The notes: a model not told the origin generated them from the sequence alone. DNA of 64,000 nt from Raillietiella orientalis (GCA_036172245.1 JAYWIR010000020.1:2542001-2606000), one strand, 5' to 3'; positions 27,370 to 39,727 are shown, numbered from the stretch's first letter. A program made the numbers and translations.

Positions 27370-27964
27370 GCTCCATAGTGTGTTTCTGTGTGCATCTCGT
27401 AATCTGCGGAAAGTCTGACAACAGTGTGTGGGACCAAAAGGGTGCGCTTTTGGTGGACTTTATGGAGCCTGGAACAGCCATCACGTGGCAAGTCTGCTGT
27501 GTAGAACGCTTTCCAAACTTCAGCAGAACCGACGACGTGGAATGCTGAGGTCCGGAACCGTTCTTTTCCTTCACGACAACGCACGCCTTGGCAACAACAC
27601 ATGCTGTCCGCACACTCCAGGCAATTCGGGAATTCAGACGGGGACTTTTCGACCACCCACTTTACAGTCCTGCCAGCTGACTACCACGTCTTCCTCCCTG
27701 CACCCCCAGAAGTGGCTCAACGATTCGAGGTGAGGTGAACGACAAGGTGGGGAGTTGAAAACGGCAGTGCTGAAGGCGGCGGAATCTCATGCAGAGGGTT
27801 GCAAAAGGCTTCTTCCACGGTATCAAAAGTGGTTGGAAAGAAGTGGTGACCACGTGGAAAAATGGGGACGTATGTGTTTAGAACAACCACTCATACATTT
27901 TTGCTTCTCTCATTTGTTCTCTCTTTATGTTCGATCGGCTCTTACTTTTGAGATGCATCTCGTA
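27370..27964 (+). mobile_element. Tc1/mariner transposase remnant (3' half) with right terminal inverted repeat
   Basis: VWDQKGALLVDFMEPGTAI, QNRRRGML..VLFLHDNAR, a frameshifted FDHP..YSP..DYH, KRLLPRYQKWLERSGDHVEK. Ends in the mariner-type terminus CTTACTTTTGAGATGCATCTCGTA (27941-27964). Confidence 0.92.
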
Positions 27965-28125
27965 TTCTTTTTATCTTACATCTGCAAATGGGTTTGTTTA
28001 AAAATATTCAAGTGATTTTCTTGTATGAATCCTCTGCTTTTGCTGTACGTTTGCATGCAAATGTACAATATTGAGTAGGTAGTAGTGGTAGCCTTGTATT
28101 TCTTTTTCAACATTAAGGACACCTC

Positions 28126-28127
<2 letters not shown>

Positions 28128-28199
<72 letters not shown>
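28128..28199. repeat. (GT)n microsatellite, about 36 units
   Basis: Directly visible. Confidence 0.97.
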
Positions 28200-28204
<5 letters not shown>

Positions 28205-28749
28205 TGTTCTACTACAAACTTTATTAAAGACTACATTCTCTAAAACTCCACTCTAGCATTCTCTGGAAGAGTTGTATGAGTTGAAGGCACTCCACTCAAC
28301 GTTTCCCATCAATAAAATGATGTTAAATTCAGTGTTATAGCATATACTGTGTATGCATGGAAGTACAGAATGTGAGATGACTCACAAGTCTTAAACATTC
28401 GATTAGAAATTCTGGAACAAGGCTCTCCATGACTTTCATTAATGCCTACACAATAATAGCTGCTACTAAAAGATAAAATGAACCAAAAGGCTAAAATCAA
28501 GAAGAAGCAATTTTCTTATTCAACTAATCTAACTCATCCGATTCAAGTGATCGATCTGTGGATTAACGTGTCTTTTTGCTTTAAGAATATTTGCGTTTCT
28601 TGAATCTGGACCTCGGAGGTTTACGCTTACCAATTCATTGATGCTGTGTAATACAAGGCCATGGAAATGAAAATGCAATCAAATTAATGTTTGAGATAGA
28701 GAGAAAATTCTCGCTTTGTAGGGGGTGAGAATAACTACCAAAATCAAAT

Positions 28750-29290
28750 TCATACTACATAAAGAAATCCAGGCAGAAGGAAAAATCTTCTATCCGTAAA
28801 TCCCTGTTTTGCTGAAGAACGGATACAAGGTAGGAGAAGCATACATGTCAGTTCTGACATATTCAAGGCTCCCTTAAAGATGTTCGCGATCCATAAGCTA
28901 CAAATTCGTAAATAAATAAGGAGCTTTTTTTGTTTTCCTGTAAACGTTGTGACTTCTTGAGGGACAGTCAAAAAGTCCTTTTTGAAAGATTTTGTTGTAT
29001 TATCATTGCTTAAAAACACACGCACATCTCAAGAAGCATCGCCTTCAAAACCTGATCTCTGAAAATGCGTTATTTCCAGAAAAACCGACTTTACGCCTTT
29101 TGTCATAGCAAAGACGCAACACCCACACTCAAACACAATCTTCTTAAACATCCATTTAGCTTCATTCAAAATCAACATTACGAAGCCTGGAATCTCCGAT
29201 CTTTCCTGAAGAGATCATGGCCTCTCAGTTTGCATCTCCATTTCTTTTGCAAAATTCATAAGATGATGGACACATTGGAAGCAAAATGGT
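28750..29290 (-). pseudogene. Possible NACHT-like relic
   Basis: KKLLIYL...IANIFKGAL..ELTCMLL..R....QGFT follows the Walker B / sensor-1 / GF spacing. Confidence 0.25.
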
Positions 29291-29879
29291 AGACAGTGGA
29301 ACTAAATATTCGACGGAGGCACTCGTCCCAAAAACACGCTGATGACAGTGAGATGCGATCACTCCATTTCATGAGTCACTCGGCATTCATGCTTTGAGTT
29401 TCTGAACCAAGGGAACATGTTGGCATGCATGATGTGTGCCCCTTTCGTTTTCTAGCCTGAACCTTCGTTTAATCAGCGCACAAGGAAACACGGGAATTCA
29501 GAATCCGAAACTACAGATCATCGTATCTTTCCTTTGAGTGTCAGCATAGATTTCACGCAAAAGCAATGGCTTTTGCATCTCCTTTGAACTGTTCCAAAAT
29601 ATCTCTGCCAGCTTGGAGCCATTCTTTCATTTTCTTCCACCCAGAGAGCAAAAGGCATCCATTTCGTTCGCGAAATGGCTGCAGTTGGATGTAGAAAACC
29701 TACCGTCCTATGGAGGGGAAGGAAAAAAAAAACAGTTTGGAGCCCTCAAATGGGCGAAGGGTTTTTTGATAACATAAAAAAAGACTGGGAGAAAGATAAA
29801 CAGCTGCAGACACGAGCAGCAATAAATGACCGCCGAGCTCAGCCGTTACAGGGTACACAGTTCCTCGAATGTTTAGGGT

Positions 29880-30720
29880 TCACTCCGTGCACTCGAACAT
29901 TGCAGTGTACATACGCCCCAATGCTTCTATCGGGTTTTAGAGAGCCACAGCCAGGCAGATCCTAGAAAGCAAAACTCGGAAGCAAGGGAATGACAGGACG
30001 ATGGGCTGTGACGCGAGATTTTCCTCAGATGCTTCCCTCGTAGACTGGCAACTCTCAAAGAGTCTCCTGGTCCGAGAAAGTTGCTTCAAGGAAGCTGTGT
30101 ATCATCGGGACGGTTGGGGGGGGGGGGGGGATTCTTTCTTAAAATTGTTTCTTCTTCCTCGTGAGAAAAAAAGGATGCAGATGATGTGTTGGATTTCTCG
30201 AAAAATCAGAGTCGACAAAATTCAATTTTGCAAACCTTTCAAGGCTCGGACTGCAAATGATTAATGTGCTCGAAGGTTTTCCCTGGGTCCTTCCTTCTCA
30301 ACAGCTTCATCCCGCCTCTTGAAATCCGGATTTAACACGGATGCAGGTGTTCGGATGATTTTCCGACGTTTTAGCACAAAACGCTCAAAGTTCGATGTTC
30401 CCTTAGATCTCGAATTCTGGGAGAAAGGGGGGGGGGATCTGGATCGGTGGGGTAAAAACCCATCAATGCAAAAATGGAATAAGGAGAGCTCGTGAGGATT
30501 TTACGAAGCAAGAGATGAAATTTCATCCCGACCGATTCCAAATAAACAAAATCCCAAGATGAATGTCACGCATGATTTTTTTACTGAAATCTTTATGGAA
30601 AATTGGATTTTGTGCTCTCCAAGGGAACCAACTGCTCTTGACGTACGAAGAAGACGGCAAAAAGATCTCACTTTCCTCTTTTACCGACGAAGAATCGGAA
30701 CACTTAGGTGCATCTGCACC
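29880..30720 (+). pseudogene. NACHT/NLR-like pseudogene
   Basis: Ordered motifs: MLLSGFREPQPGRS (Walker A-like), GRWA, DGW (Walker B-like), GFNTDAGVRMIFRRF, PLDLEFWE, LLKSLWKIGFCALQGNQLLLTYEE (cf. LxxLGKLAFxGLxxxQLxFxEE). Confidence 0.45.
30486..30712. repeat. Left arm of ~225-bp inverted duplication (partner 32060-32277)
   Basis: Reverse-complement match, e.g. ACGAAGCAAGAGATGAAATTTCATCCCGAC and ACCGACGAAGAATCGGAACA. Confidence 0.93.
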
Positions 30721-32059
30721 AAGAAAACAGTCAATTCGAGTCGATCATTAAATCAGTTCCTGCCTGTCTGCATATGTTACAGCAGTGCTTGATCAGATGT
30801 TGCATCTGCCTGTGTAGATGCTCAAGAAGCCAAAGAGCAATGCTGGATAATGTGTATTTATAAAAGGTATAGAATTTGTCTCAAACTTCATTACACTGTA
30901 ATGTTCATTATTTCACTTTAAAACGGAAAAAAAATCAGGATTTTTTAGTTACTTTTATTCAACCTTAGGTAAAGAAAAGTCTATTGAGGGTGATATATGA
31001 TTAATATGTAATAATACATTAATAATTTATGTTCTTAATATATGTTGATTGCTATTTATTTTTATAAATTTGCATTTGTATTATATATCGATATATGTAT
31101 AATTAATGTATATCAAATGAATGTATAAATATCGAATCATAAAAATAAAAAATACTAATGACAGTTAAAAATAGTGGGAAAAAATAAAATGTATGTAATC
31201 AATATATATATATATTTATTTTTAATAATCTTCAGTACATGTCGATGATATACAGTGATAACATCATTGATTATATGAATAATATGTATGCTAATAAATA
31301 TCGATAAACATACATGTTAAAATAAATTTGCACATTAATCCGAAAAACCATAAAGTACATACTTTTATGTTTTACGGTTTTTCGTGATTCCGACACCCGG
31401 GATGTTGAGCCAAAGCCTTTACAAGGGCGCCCACGATCGGGAGTCAGGAGGACGAAAGAGCTTTTCTCTTCCAGTCTAGAACTTTTCCATGCACGCCAGC
31501 AAGACGCTCGCGCGTGCTGCACTTAAGGGTCGTCACGAGCCCTCTTGACAGGTCTGATGACTCATCCTCGCGTCCCTCAAAATGGCCCGTTCACTGAGTG
31601 GCTTTCCGCGCGGCTGTCTCCTAGGAGATCACCTAATAGCAGTTCGTCAAACGAAGAAGTGCTACCTTGGTTCCCCCATCCTGGTGATTCTTGAGGATGC
31701 ACCTCCTGAAGGTTCTCCTGCTTTCGCATTCGTGTCCTCCGTGGCCCCTTAGAAATCACTCTGGGCGCTCTGCTACGTGCTACTCGCCTTTCCCCATTTT
31801 CCAGACCGTGATCCGTCAGTTTTCTCCTGAAAGCTCGTCCCTGCCCTCCCGTTTTCTGCTTTTCCAATGCTGTCCGAACACACTTTCCGTTTCAAAACCA
31901 GCGTTGGAGGCCGCGTGGCTGCGGTCTTCGCCCGTGGCACCAAGCGTTGCCGTTCGAATCCCCACTTGGCGGATGGACGCCAGGGAAATGGGTGCGCCGT
32001 TGGGTTTCGCGTCCCCCCGCAAGATAACGCTGCAGCACTGGCGGAAACCGGAAACTGGG

Positions 32060-32277
32060 TGCACCTAAATGTTCCGATTCTTCGTCGGTAGAAAAGGAAA
32101 GTGAGGTCTTTTCGTCGTCTTCGTTAAGAGCAGTTGGTTTTCTTGGAGAGCACAAAATCCAATCTTCCATAAAAATTTCAGCAAAAAATCATGTGTGACG
32201 TTCATCTTGAGATTTTGTTTATTTGGAATCGTCGGGATGAAATTTCATCTCTTGCTTCGTGAAATCCTCGCGAGCTC
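32060..32277. repeat. Right arm of ~225-bp inverted duplication (partner 30486-30712)
   Basis: See left arm. The ORF track shows WILCSPR.PTAL and TDEESEHLGA on both strands. Confidence 0.93.
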
Positions 32278-33329
32278 CGCGAGTGGAAGTTGACCCACCG
32301 GGGTCCTCCCAGGAATCAAGGAGCCGTTTGGCTCCCTTCTAGGTTTCCCTCCGGTTGGGAAAATGGAGACATCCCTTCCTTTCGGTGGAGGACGCATTCC
32401 GTGGAGCTGGTGGAAGTTGAAGAGTTAACATGCACCCTCCGGTTGACATGGAACCGGGTTAAAGGGCTTCGCGAGCCGCCAGGAGAACGGTTCTTCAGCA
32501 TCTAGCGAACCGAAAGAGAAAACTTGAGAAAACAGCAACAGAAAAGAACCCAAAAGGTGCAAAATGCTGCAAAGGCTGCACGTGGACAAGTATTGGTGAA
32601 CAGTTCTTGTACTTGCAGAGGACGATGGATCCCTCCACATCTTTACGTAGGGTACGTTGCCTCAGCATGCTTAGAACACTTGTAGGTAGCCTGTATGGTG
32701 CATGATCTCTTCCTACTATAGAAACACTCATACCATTGGGAACGAGAAAAGTGTGTACGCTATGTACGTAACTCGACAATTTAACGAATCTGTGTCTATC
32801 GAAAATGCAAAAAGACTGGTCAAGAACTGGTGGTTACATGTGCACTCGAGTATGCTGCTTCCAAAACTGGATCAAATGCATGAAGAAACTTAACAGACAA
32901 GAATATCACATAGAAACGGACCTCGCTCTTGCTTGAATTCCATCTGAAACATATGTACTTGCGTGTCGAGACCACGCTGATGTGCAACGTATTGTAATCA
33001 GTCTTTTGCTACGTCGACCCTGGGACTTGCTGAGCACTTAATGATGTGGTTTAAACGTGAATCCAGAACTCACTCATTAACCTTCTACGGTACTTCCTGC
33101 TGGAAAAGTACGTAAAAAGCGCTCATCACCATCCACCTCGGACGACTTCATGGACAGCGTTATGAGTGCCAGAAGTACTCTTCGTTGCAAACGTTCCGGA
33201 AATGATTTGCTGTCAGCCCGAAGCTTGTGAAGAGTTGATGCAACACATTAACTCAGAAACGCTATAACAGTGTTGCGGAATTCATGCTGAAAGATGTCAC
33301 TTTATAGAGTGACATCGATCACAGTTCAC

Positions 33330-34270
33330 GATGTCAATCTCCAAAGACCTCTGTTCTTCTAGGGCTCTTTGTGAGCCAATTGAAATACCGATCGAATTGT
33401 ATGGAACCGCCATCGCTCAGCATCGCTACTACTTGTGTCTTGGAACATCAAACATTGATTTCAGAATCTTTCAATTCCGGAAGGCTCAAGCCATAGTGAA
33501 GGATCTGAGCTTTCGCATCCTGTTCGTCTGAAGCAGGCTGCTCACCTAAACCTGAATCATGTGTTTGGGGCATGTCATGCCCCATGGAACAGCGCTCTCT
33601 ATCCAGAACTGGAATTGCTTCCCGATGCAGATTCCTTCATTCACCTGAACATTTAATCTTGAAAACTGCGCGCGCACAAAATGGATTGATGAAAGGAACG
33701 AGATGCGACCGTCGCCACGTAAATGCTTTACGTCTTGAAAGCAGGGAATTTTCGAGACCATCACTACGAATAGATTCAGTTCCCGAATTTAGCCAAGAAG
33801 ATCACGTACATGCGGTATGCTGGGAACAGGGACTTTAAGGAGCAAAAAAAAATAAAAAATCCTTCATGAATGTAACTAAATGGGCTTTAAATTTCAAGTA
33901 CTTCACGTAACGACATCCTTGGAATTACTTTGCCTCTGGATTCATCCCAGGGCGGAGATCACCATGACGTTTCTCTTTAATTTCCAACTCCACTTTGGAA
34001 AGCCACGTTGCAGAGCTTCGGAAATCTTTGAGATTTACCTAAATTTGAAATTCCCAGGATCCACCGCCCTGTGCCGAGCGGAATACAAAAGGCTGCTCCC
34101 CCTTCTAAACTGGAAAAGAGGAGCATTTTATTCAAAGAAAAGGACGACTTTTCCTTCAAAGTTCATATTGCAGAAAAAACGAGTGAAACGCAAATTCGAA
34201 ATTTCCGTAGATTTAATGCAAAGTTCTCAAAGGCTTGTCAGTTGGCCCTTCCGAAACGTAATCCATTAAA
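33330..34270 (+). pseudogene. Possible NACHT-like relic
   Basis: ESR...IDSVPEFSQED (cf. TSR...EIxGFSxED), TTSLELLCLW (cf. TPLLLxLLCxLW), ASEIFEIYL. Confidence 0.25.
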
Positions 34271-34610
34271 AGAACGTCCTACATTTGACACCAACACTGA
34301 ATCCATGGATGCATTCATTAACCCACGTTCGATTCCGAGGAACAGCGGTGAAAGCTGTGAGACTCATTAGAAGAGCTTATGTTAGCTCTTTTCACTCAGA
34401 GGGCGAGCAAAGAGCCCTATTTAACATGAGCACACTTTTGCTGTGACTCTGGCCACTGCAGTTTCGGTGACACGTTCACCGTTCTCCCCCAGACTTAGGA
34501 ATCTGGCTTCAAGATGAAGTAAGATAGTAGCGTTTCATATGCCAAAACGCCCGGATGGTTCAATGCGATTGGTGATGTACTGTACCATACCAGTATGATT
34601 GGTGATATAG

Positions 34611-34960
34611 ATGGCTCAGGTACAGTTTCCGTCTGATCTTCCCGTCTACTTAGTGTCCAGATTAGCGTATCCTGAGGATGCCCTTTACTATCTGAAAAGA
34701 TGGCAGTTCGTAGTGTTAGCCTGGGTGCTTCAGGACATTCCAAACCAAAAGAGTGTCACATTCTTTCAAGAGGCGTGCAAAGCGATGTTGATGTTCCCAT
34801 TGAAAGGTTTGAGCACTGCATTCGTTGCATTAATTACACGTATTATGGTCACCAGGTGCCCAGACCTGTTTTCGGTCAACATGAACTCTACGATTCTTAT
34901 TTGAAGCGACTGCAAGTGGCAGCTACAGACTGTGAGGAATTTCCTCAGGATCCCGTTGCT
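34611..34960 (+). mobile_element. Possible Ty3/Gypsy gag fragment
   Basis: QHELYDSYLKRLQVAATDCEEF resembles the gag major-homology region QxxxESxxxYxxRLxxLAxxCEF. Confidence 0.4.
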
Positions 34961-36499
34961 ATGCGAGTGAAGAAAGTTTATAGAGATCAATCAACTGGGA
35001 TGACAGTCGCATGGAATAACCGCCATTTAAACTGAGCAAACTTTTTATTGACTTGGAATTTTTCGCTCGAATTTTTCGCAACCATCCTTCAAATGAATGT
35101 AATGCTTACGATTCCATGAATGTACAAGATATTAAAGAGAAAAAAGTGGAAATAAGAGAACTAGCTTATTAGCACCATTTTTCAATTTTTTTTTTCTTGT
35201 CTCCTTTGAAATGTAGTACGAAAAAGTGTCACTGTAATAAGCTCGACTAAAATTTTGTAAACATATTTGAGTCATTCTCACTTCAGCGTTCACAGCTTTC
35301 CCACGAATGCGTTGTCATGGAAATCATGACAAGTAGACTGCAAGTAATCATTTCAAAGTTGTACTTTCAATTTTCTTCGGAACCTTTCATGATTCCATTA
35401 CATATTCCCTCTATTACGAAAAGGTGATGAAAAAAATGTGGAAATTTCCAAATTCTAATCTTTACTTTGAACGTACTATAAAGAGCATTCCTACAGTTTG
35501 AGGTATTCGCTTCAAGCGTGTTTACGACCCACTCTGCTACCGTCTTCTTATCATGGGATGCCGGAAAATGGGTTCATTCTACATGAAAGTGCTGCTTCAT
35601 AAAAGAAGTGCTGTATACTTAAAGAATAACTAATAAGGCAGATATAAATTGCAATATGCCTACAACCAAACACAGCAGAAATAGCAGAAGTCAGCAAGCA
35701 TTCCTTTAATGGAAATGATCAAATGATGATAAAACACGCTTAATTAGTAAAATTGTTGTTTTCTGTTGGTAAAACGTATACCCTTGGTTAATCTATCAAG
35801 AAAACACAGGAGGGTTCCAGCTTTTCCCTTTTTCTCATTCATCAAGGATGATTATTGCAAAAGATGCACAATTTGGTAGACTCTCCGGAAAACACAGACT
35901 CACTCACACGTGCACACACTACTCATCCGATTCCCATTTCTATGGAAACTGTATGTCCACTTTAGCTGTCCACTTTATGAGGGGTGACCAGCAGTTTCAG
36001 TTCTGGAAAGCTTGATTATTCGATTTCTTCCTAATCTCTATCCTTATTTTTTTTTCTTGCGCCACTTATATTCTGCTTCTTGCGTGTTGCTGCATTTGCA
36101 TGCAGGAAACGAACGTGCTGCATCTTTTCTTCTTTTCTTTCAAGAAGCGTTGCTGGCTGGACTGTTGCAGACTGCTAGCGACCACCTTTCATCAAAAGCG
36201 GTCCAAGCTGGCTCCCGTTTGGACCGCTATACTGTGAATGTGTTCGATAGAGCTGTCGGCTCTCGTTCTAATTGCCACCACTCAAATTTGCCTAGTGGGC
36301 GATCGGATAGATCGTGAAAGGCAGAAGAAGAAAGCAATCGTGCCAAGTGGGGAAACAAGACGACCACCTTCGATGTCTCATTCTTCATTCAGATAAAGGC
36401 ATCAAAGAGATTCGTTAGGAGACCGAGTCGAAAATTGCGAATGACGCAGTAGAATCCATGACAAACTTAGAAAAACGGAAAATAGAGGGGATCTTAAAC

Positions 36500-37195
36500 A
36501 GGGAGGAGAGTTCTTGAGCGAGGAATACGATCCCTACTTGCTGCACAGGTGGCGTTCATTATTTCCCTCTGAGACCCCTCTGTTTTCCAATAACTGAATG
36601 CTTCACTCCTGGACGTTCCCCGTAAAATTCTTGCATCCGCAACTTCCACCACAGTTTTCCTTGTGAACAAGGACACAGCCATTCTGTGCCTTCTGGACTT
36701 CTCGGTTAAGTGAAAACTCTCAGTTCCCTGAACTGCAGGCATTTTTACTTTAGTTTCAAGCTGAAAGTGGAGTCCGGCAAAACTGTGGCCACAGGACTGT
36801 GGTCGGCAACGAGAACCACGGCACATGGAAAATTCCGGTTGCTTCTCTGAGGAAAACAAAAAGCACGGGTAAGTCTTTTCATCTGCGTCAAAGTTCGTGT
36901 GGACTAGCTCTCTCATTACGCAGAAACGAACCCATGATGAATCACTCGTGTTCAGGAAATCCTGGAGGTCCAGAAAAATCTTAGATAACCTTAGAGAACA
37001 AAACCTTTCCCACAAGTTGAAATGTCTTCCTTGGACCAGTGGTTTCTCGAATAACCGATTCGAAGAAAATCCCACCTTCCGGATCACGAGTTCTCAGCTG
37101 AGTTGCATTTCCTGCCTGTCCTCCTTTGTGCCTCGGCGCAGCCCGTCGTATTGTCCACCTTTCGTGCTTCTGGATCTGGCGTGATCCGCTGAAAA
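36500..37195 (-). pseudogene. Caspase-like pseudogene, copy A
   Basis: GLRRGTKEDRQEMQLS*ELVIRKVGF (cf. RxGTxxDxxxLxxxFxxLGF), CAVVLVADHS (cf. CxVVVILSHG), EVADARILRGT...YWKTEGS...NATC (cf. p10 EADFLxxYST...GSWFIxALC). Confidence 0.45.
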
Positions 37196-37200
37196 AAACC
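36999..37200. repeat. ~200-bp direct repeat, copy 1 (partner 39264-39460)
   Basis: Near-identical core TGAAATGTCTTCCTTGGACCAGTGG...CGTGATCCGCTGAAAAA in both copies. Confidence 0.95.
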
Positions 37201-37222
37201 GTTCGGTTCAATTCACTCCTAT

Positions 37223-38667
37223 TTAACAGAAAACGCATTACAGCACTATTTGACTTGTTGAGAGAGTCATTTTTTGTTGTTGTTGTTTCCAAAGAGCACC
37301 CGTGGGTGCGTGAATTCAAATTGGCGAAGACGAATGGACACGTCAAACGCACAGAGAATGCATCCATTGTAGATTTCAATGAAAGAAAAAAAAAAAAAAT
37401 TCATTCATAAAAATTTTGCATTTGTACAGAAAATGAGAAATTTCGTACATAAGAAAATAGAAAAAAGTCATGAGAAATTCAATCTGATTTCGCAGCATGC
37501 TTTTGTTCAAAGCAAGATGAGACACAAATCGTCATCTCGCAGGTTCAGCACCGACATCGTGTTTCCTCGCGAACGCCATTTTTGGAACACACGACACATA
37601 CATCTTCCAGATGTGCTCCAATTGGATGATGTAGATGGTATAGAATTTGGAAAAGGTTTTCCGGCGAGACGTGTAGGCTTGGCACTCACAGTTGGTCCAG
37701 CAGCTGTCCCAGTTGCTTGAGGTGGGGATTCCTCAATAAGTCGTTCCATACTCGAGCAAAAAAATCGAATCGATTTGATTTCCCATTCTTTTTCTTATGT
37801 AATAAATATGGATTCAAGCGCATAACGTCTAAAAGATGAAGAAATATTTTCCTGTAATATTTCTTTAACCTCTTTCTTGCCAGAGTATGTGCTGCAATTG
37901 TACCATCGCTTCTGTACACTCCACCCATTTTTTTTTCCCTCCTCAAAAACCACTTTACGCTTTCCTTTTACAACACCTCGTTCCTCTGCATCCATCTCAT
38001 CGGCACCGTGTATCGTACTGAGGAACTGTACATCCCTTTTGTCCCGTTACTTCAATCACATTACTTTCTTGTTATATCTTGCAATGTACTGACCCTTCCT
38101 TAGAGAAGTGGTTTTCATGTCTTCAGGAATACCAAGTCTCTGCCGTCGCATTGTACCCACAATGCCTGTCTTGCAAGTACATGGTTTCTGTGCGAGGTCT
38201 GTACTTGTGTACCAGTTATCCAGACAGAATTGATATCCCTGGCCTAAAAGGTCATGAGAAAGTTCAAGAACGATGCGAGTCGCGGTCTTACACTGAGCAT
38301 AATGCTCACCATACTCTGTATTTTTGCCAATTATTCTTTTCCTCAATTAAGGCTTCAATTATGTAAAAAGCATGCAAACAAACCCAGTATGTAAAAAGAG
38401 AAAGAGGAATTTTCTGTTCGGTTGGCACACCTCACATCACTTCAAAATTGATAAAAAATCAAGAAGGTCACATTGCAATTCCGATCGAAATACAAGTAAA
38501 ATACACATTGGCATGAGATTGTTTTAACTTTTTACTAAAATTTCGTACTTTGATGGCGAAGGGTAATTTTTTTTTCTTTCGCACCGCGTAGGCATTCGTC
38601 AAACGCACCACGGTGGCGCCTCTCCAGAACGTGTACACGGACGCCAAACTCGCTTAACACAGGTTAA
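37223..38667 (-). mobile_element. Internally deleted piggyBac (PGBD4-like) element; transposase relic about 37500-38346
   Basis: LLGQGYQFCLDNWYTS, VGTMRRQR.GIP, RDKRDVQFLSTIH, KKMGGVYRSD, KKYYRKIFLHLLDV, and a Cys-rich C-terminus. Candidate TTAA ends at 38664-38667 (TTAACC on minus) and, less certainly, 37223-37226. Confidence 0.88.
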
Positions 38668-38749
38668 GGCAAAAACTGCGGCCGTTTTCTAAACGGGAGA
38701 GGTGAATCGGTACGTGTCTTCCGTGAGTCGATCCTTGTGAACCCATCCT

Positions 38750-39727
38750 GTCCGTGTAGGGCAGGGAAATCGTACGGAGCAGCAGCTAGCTATCGAAAAT
38801 CAACCACACCCGCCTACACACGTTACCCTCCGAGATGCCATGTACCAAATTCCAGCTCTCCATCACTTTCTGTGGTGATAAGATACATACCGTCAGCTAT
38901 TTCTGGCATCAGAAGCCTCTCTTGTTGGATGTTGAAAGATCGGTGTTTCCAGTCTTCGAGGTCTCATTTAAGCAAAAGCCCGCGAAATCTTACCTTGTTC
39001 TTCGATGACTATAAGTGTTCTGACCATGTTACTTTTGAATTTGTGTGTGTGTGTGTTTTATTTGAAGAACATTTATGCCTTCCTTCTGCTTTTTCTTTTC
39101 CGAAATCTGATGCCACTTACTGAGGAAAAGTTCCAGCTAAGGCTTTTCCTTCGTGTACTAACAGTCCGAAGACCACGATTCCTGCTTTTTCCTTCCAAAG
39201 CAGCGTGAATCTTGTGGTCACAGTTTCCTAAAATTCCAGGCTGATGTCCGGCCTATTTCTCAGCAAAACCTTTCTTCCCAGCTGAAATGTCTTCCTTGGA
39301 CCAGTGGTTTCTCGAATAACCGATTCGAAGAAAATCCCACCTTCCGGATCACGAGTTCTTAGCTGAGTTGCATTTCCTGCCTGTCTGCCTTTGTGCCTCG
39401 GCGCAGCCCGCCGTATTGTCCACCTTTCGTGCTTCTCCCGGCGTGATCCGCTGAAAAACCTTTTGTATTTGTACACAAGTCTGTTTCCAGCAGCACGCTT
39501 CCTCTTTCCAAAGGATGCAACACTCTTGGAAACCGACTTCCTTCTCGAAGCTCTCCGGATTTCACCAGCACTTGCTTTTTCGATTCCGGGAGTCTCCACC
39601 TCACCGTTCTCTCCTCATGAAGTTTTGCACTTCTCGATCCTCTGGAATCCTTCAGAGTACGTAACGCCGGGTTCCAGATCTTGGCAGTCCAATCTGCCAC
39701 AGAATCTCTGTTTTCAAGTGTTGACAA
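38750..39727 (-). pseudogene. Caspase-like pseudogene, copy B
   Basis: HPLERGSVLL...NTKGF (cf. PRGxxLIINNxxF), GLRRGTKADRQEMQLS*ELVIRKVGF, GIVVFGLLVHEG (cf. ILSHG), MPEIADGMYLITT...GTW (cf. PxxADFLYxYST...GSW). Confidence 0.5.
39264..39460. repeat. ~200-bp direct repeat, copy 2 (partner 36999-37200)
   Basis: See copy 1. Confidence 0.95.
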
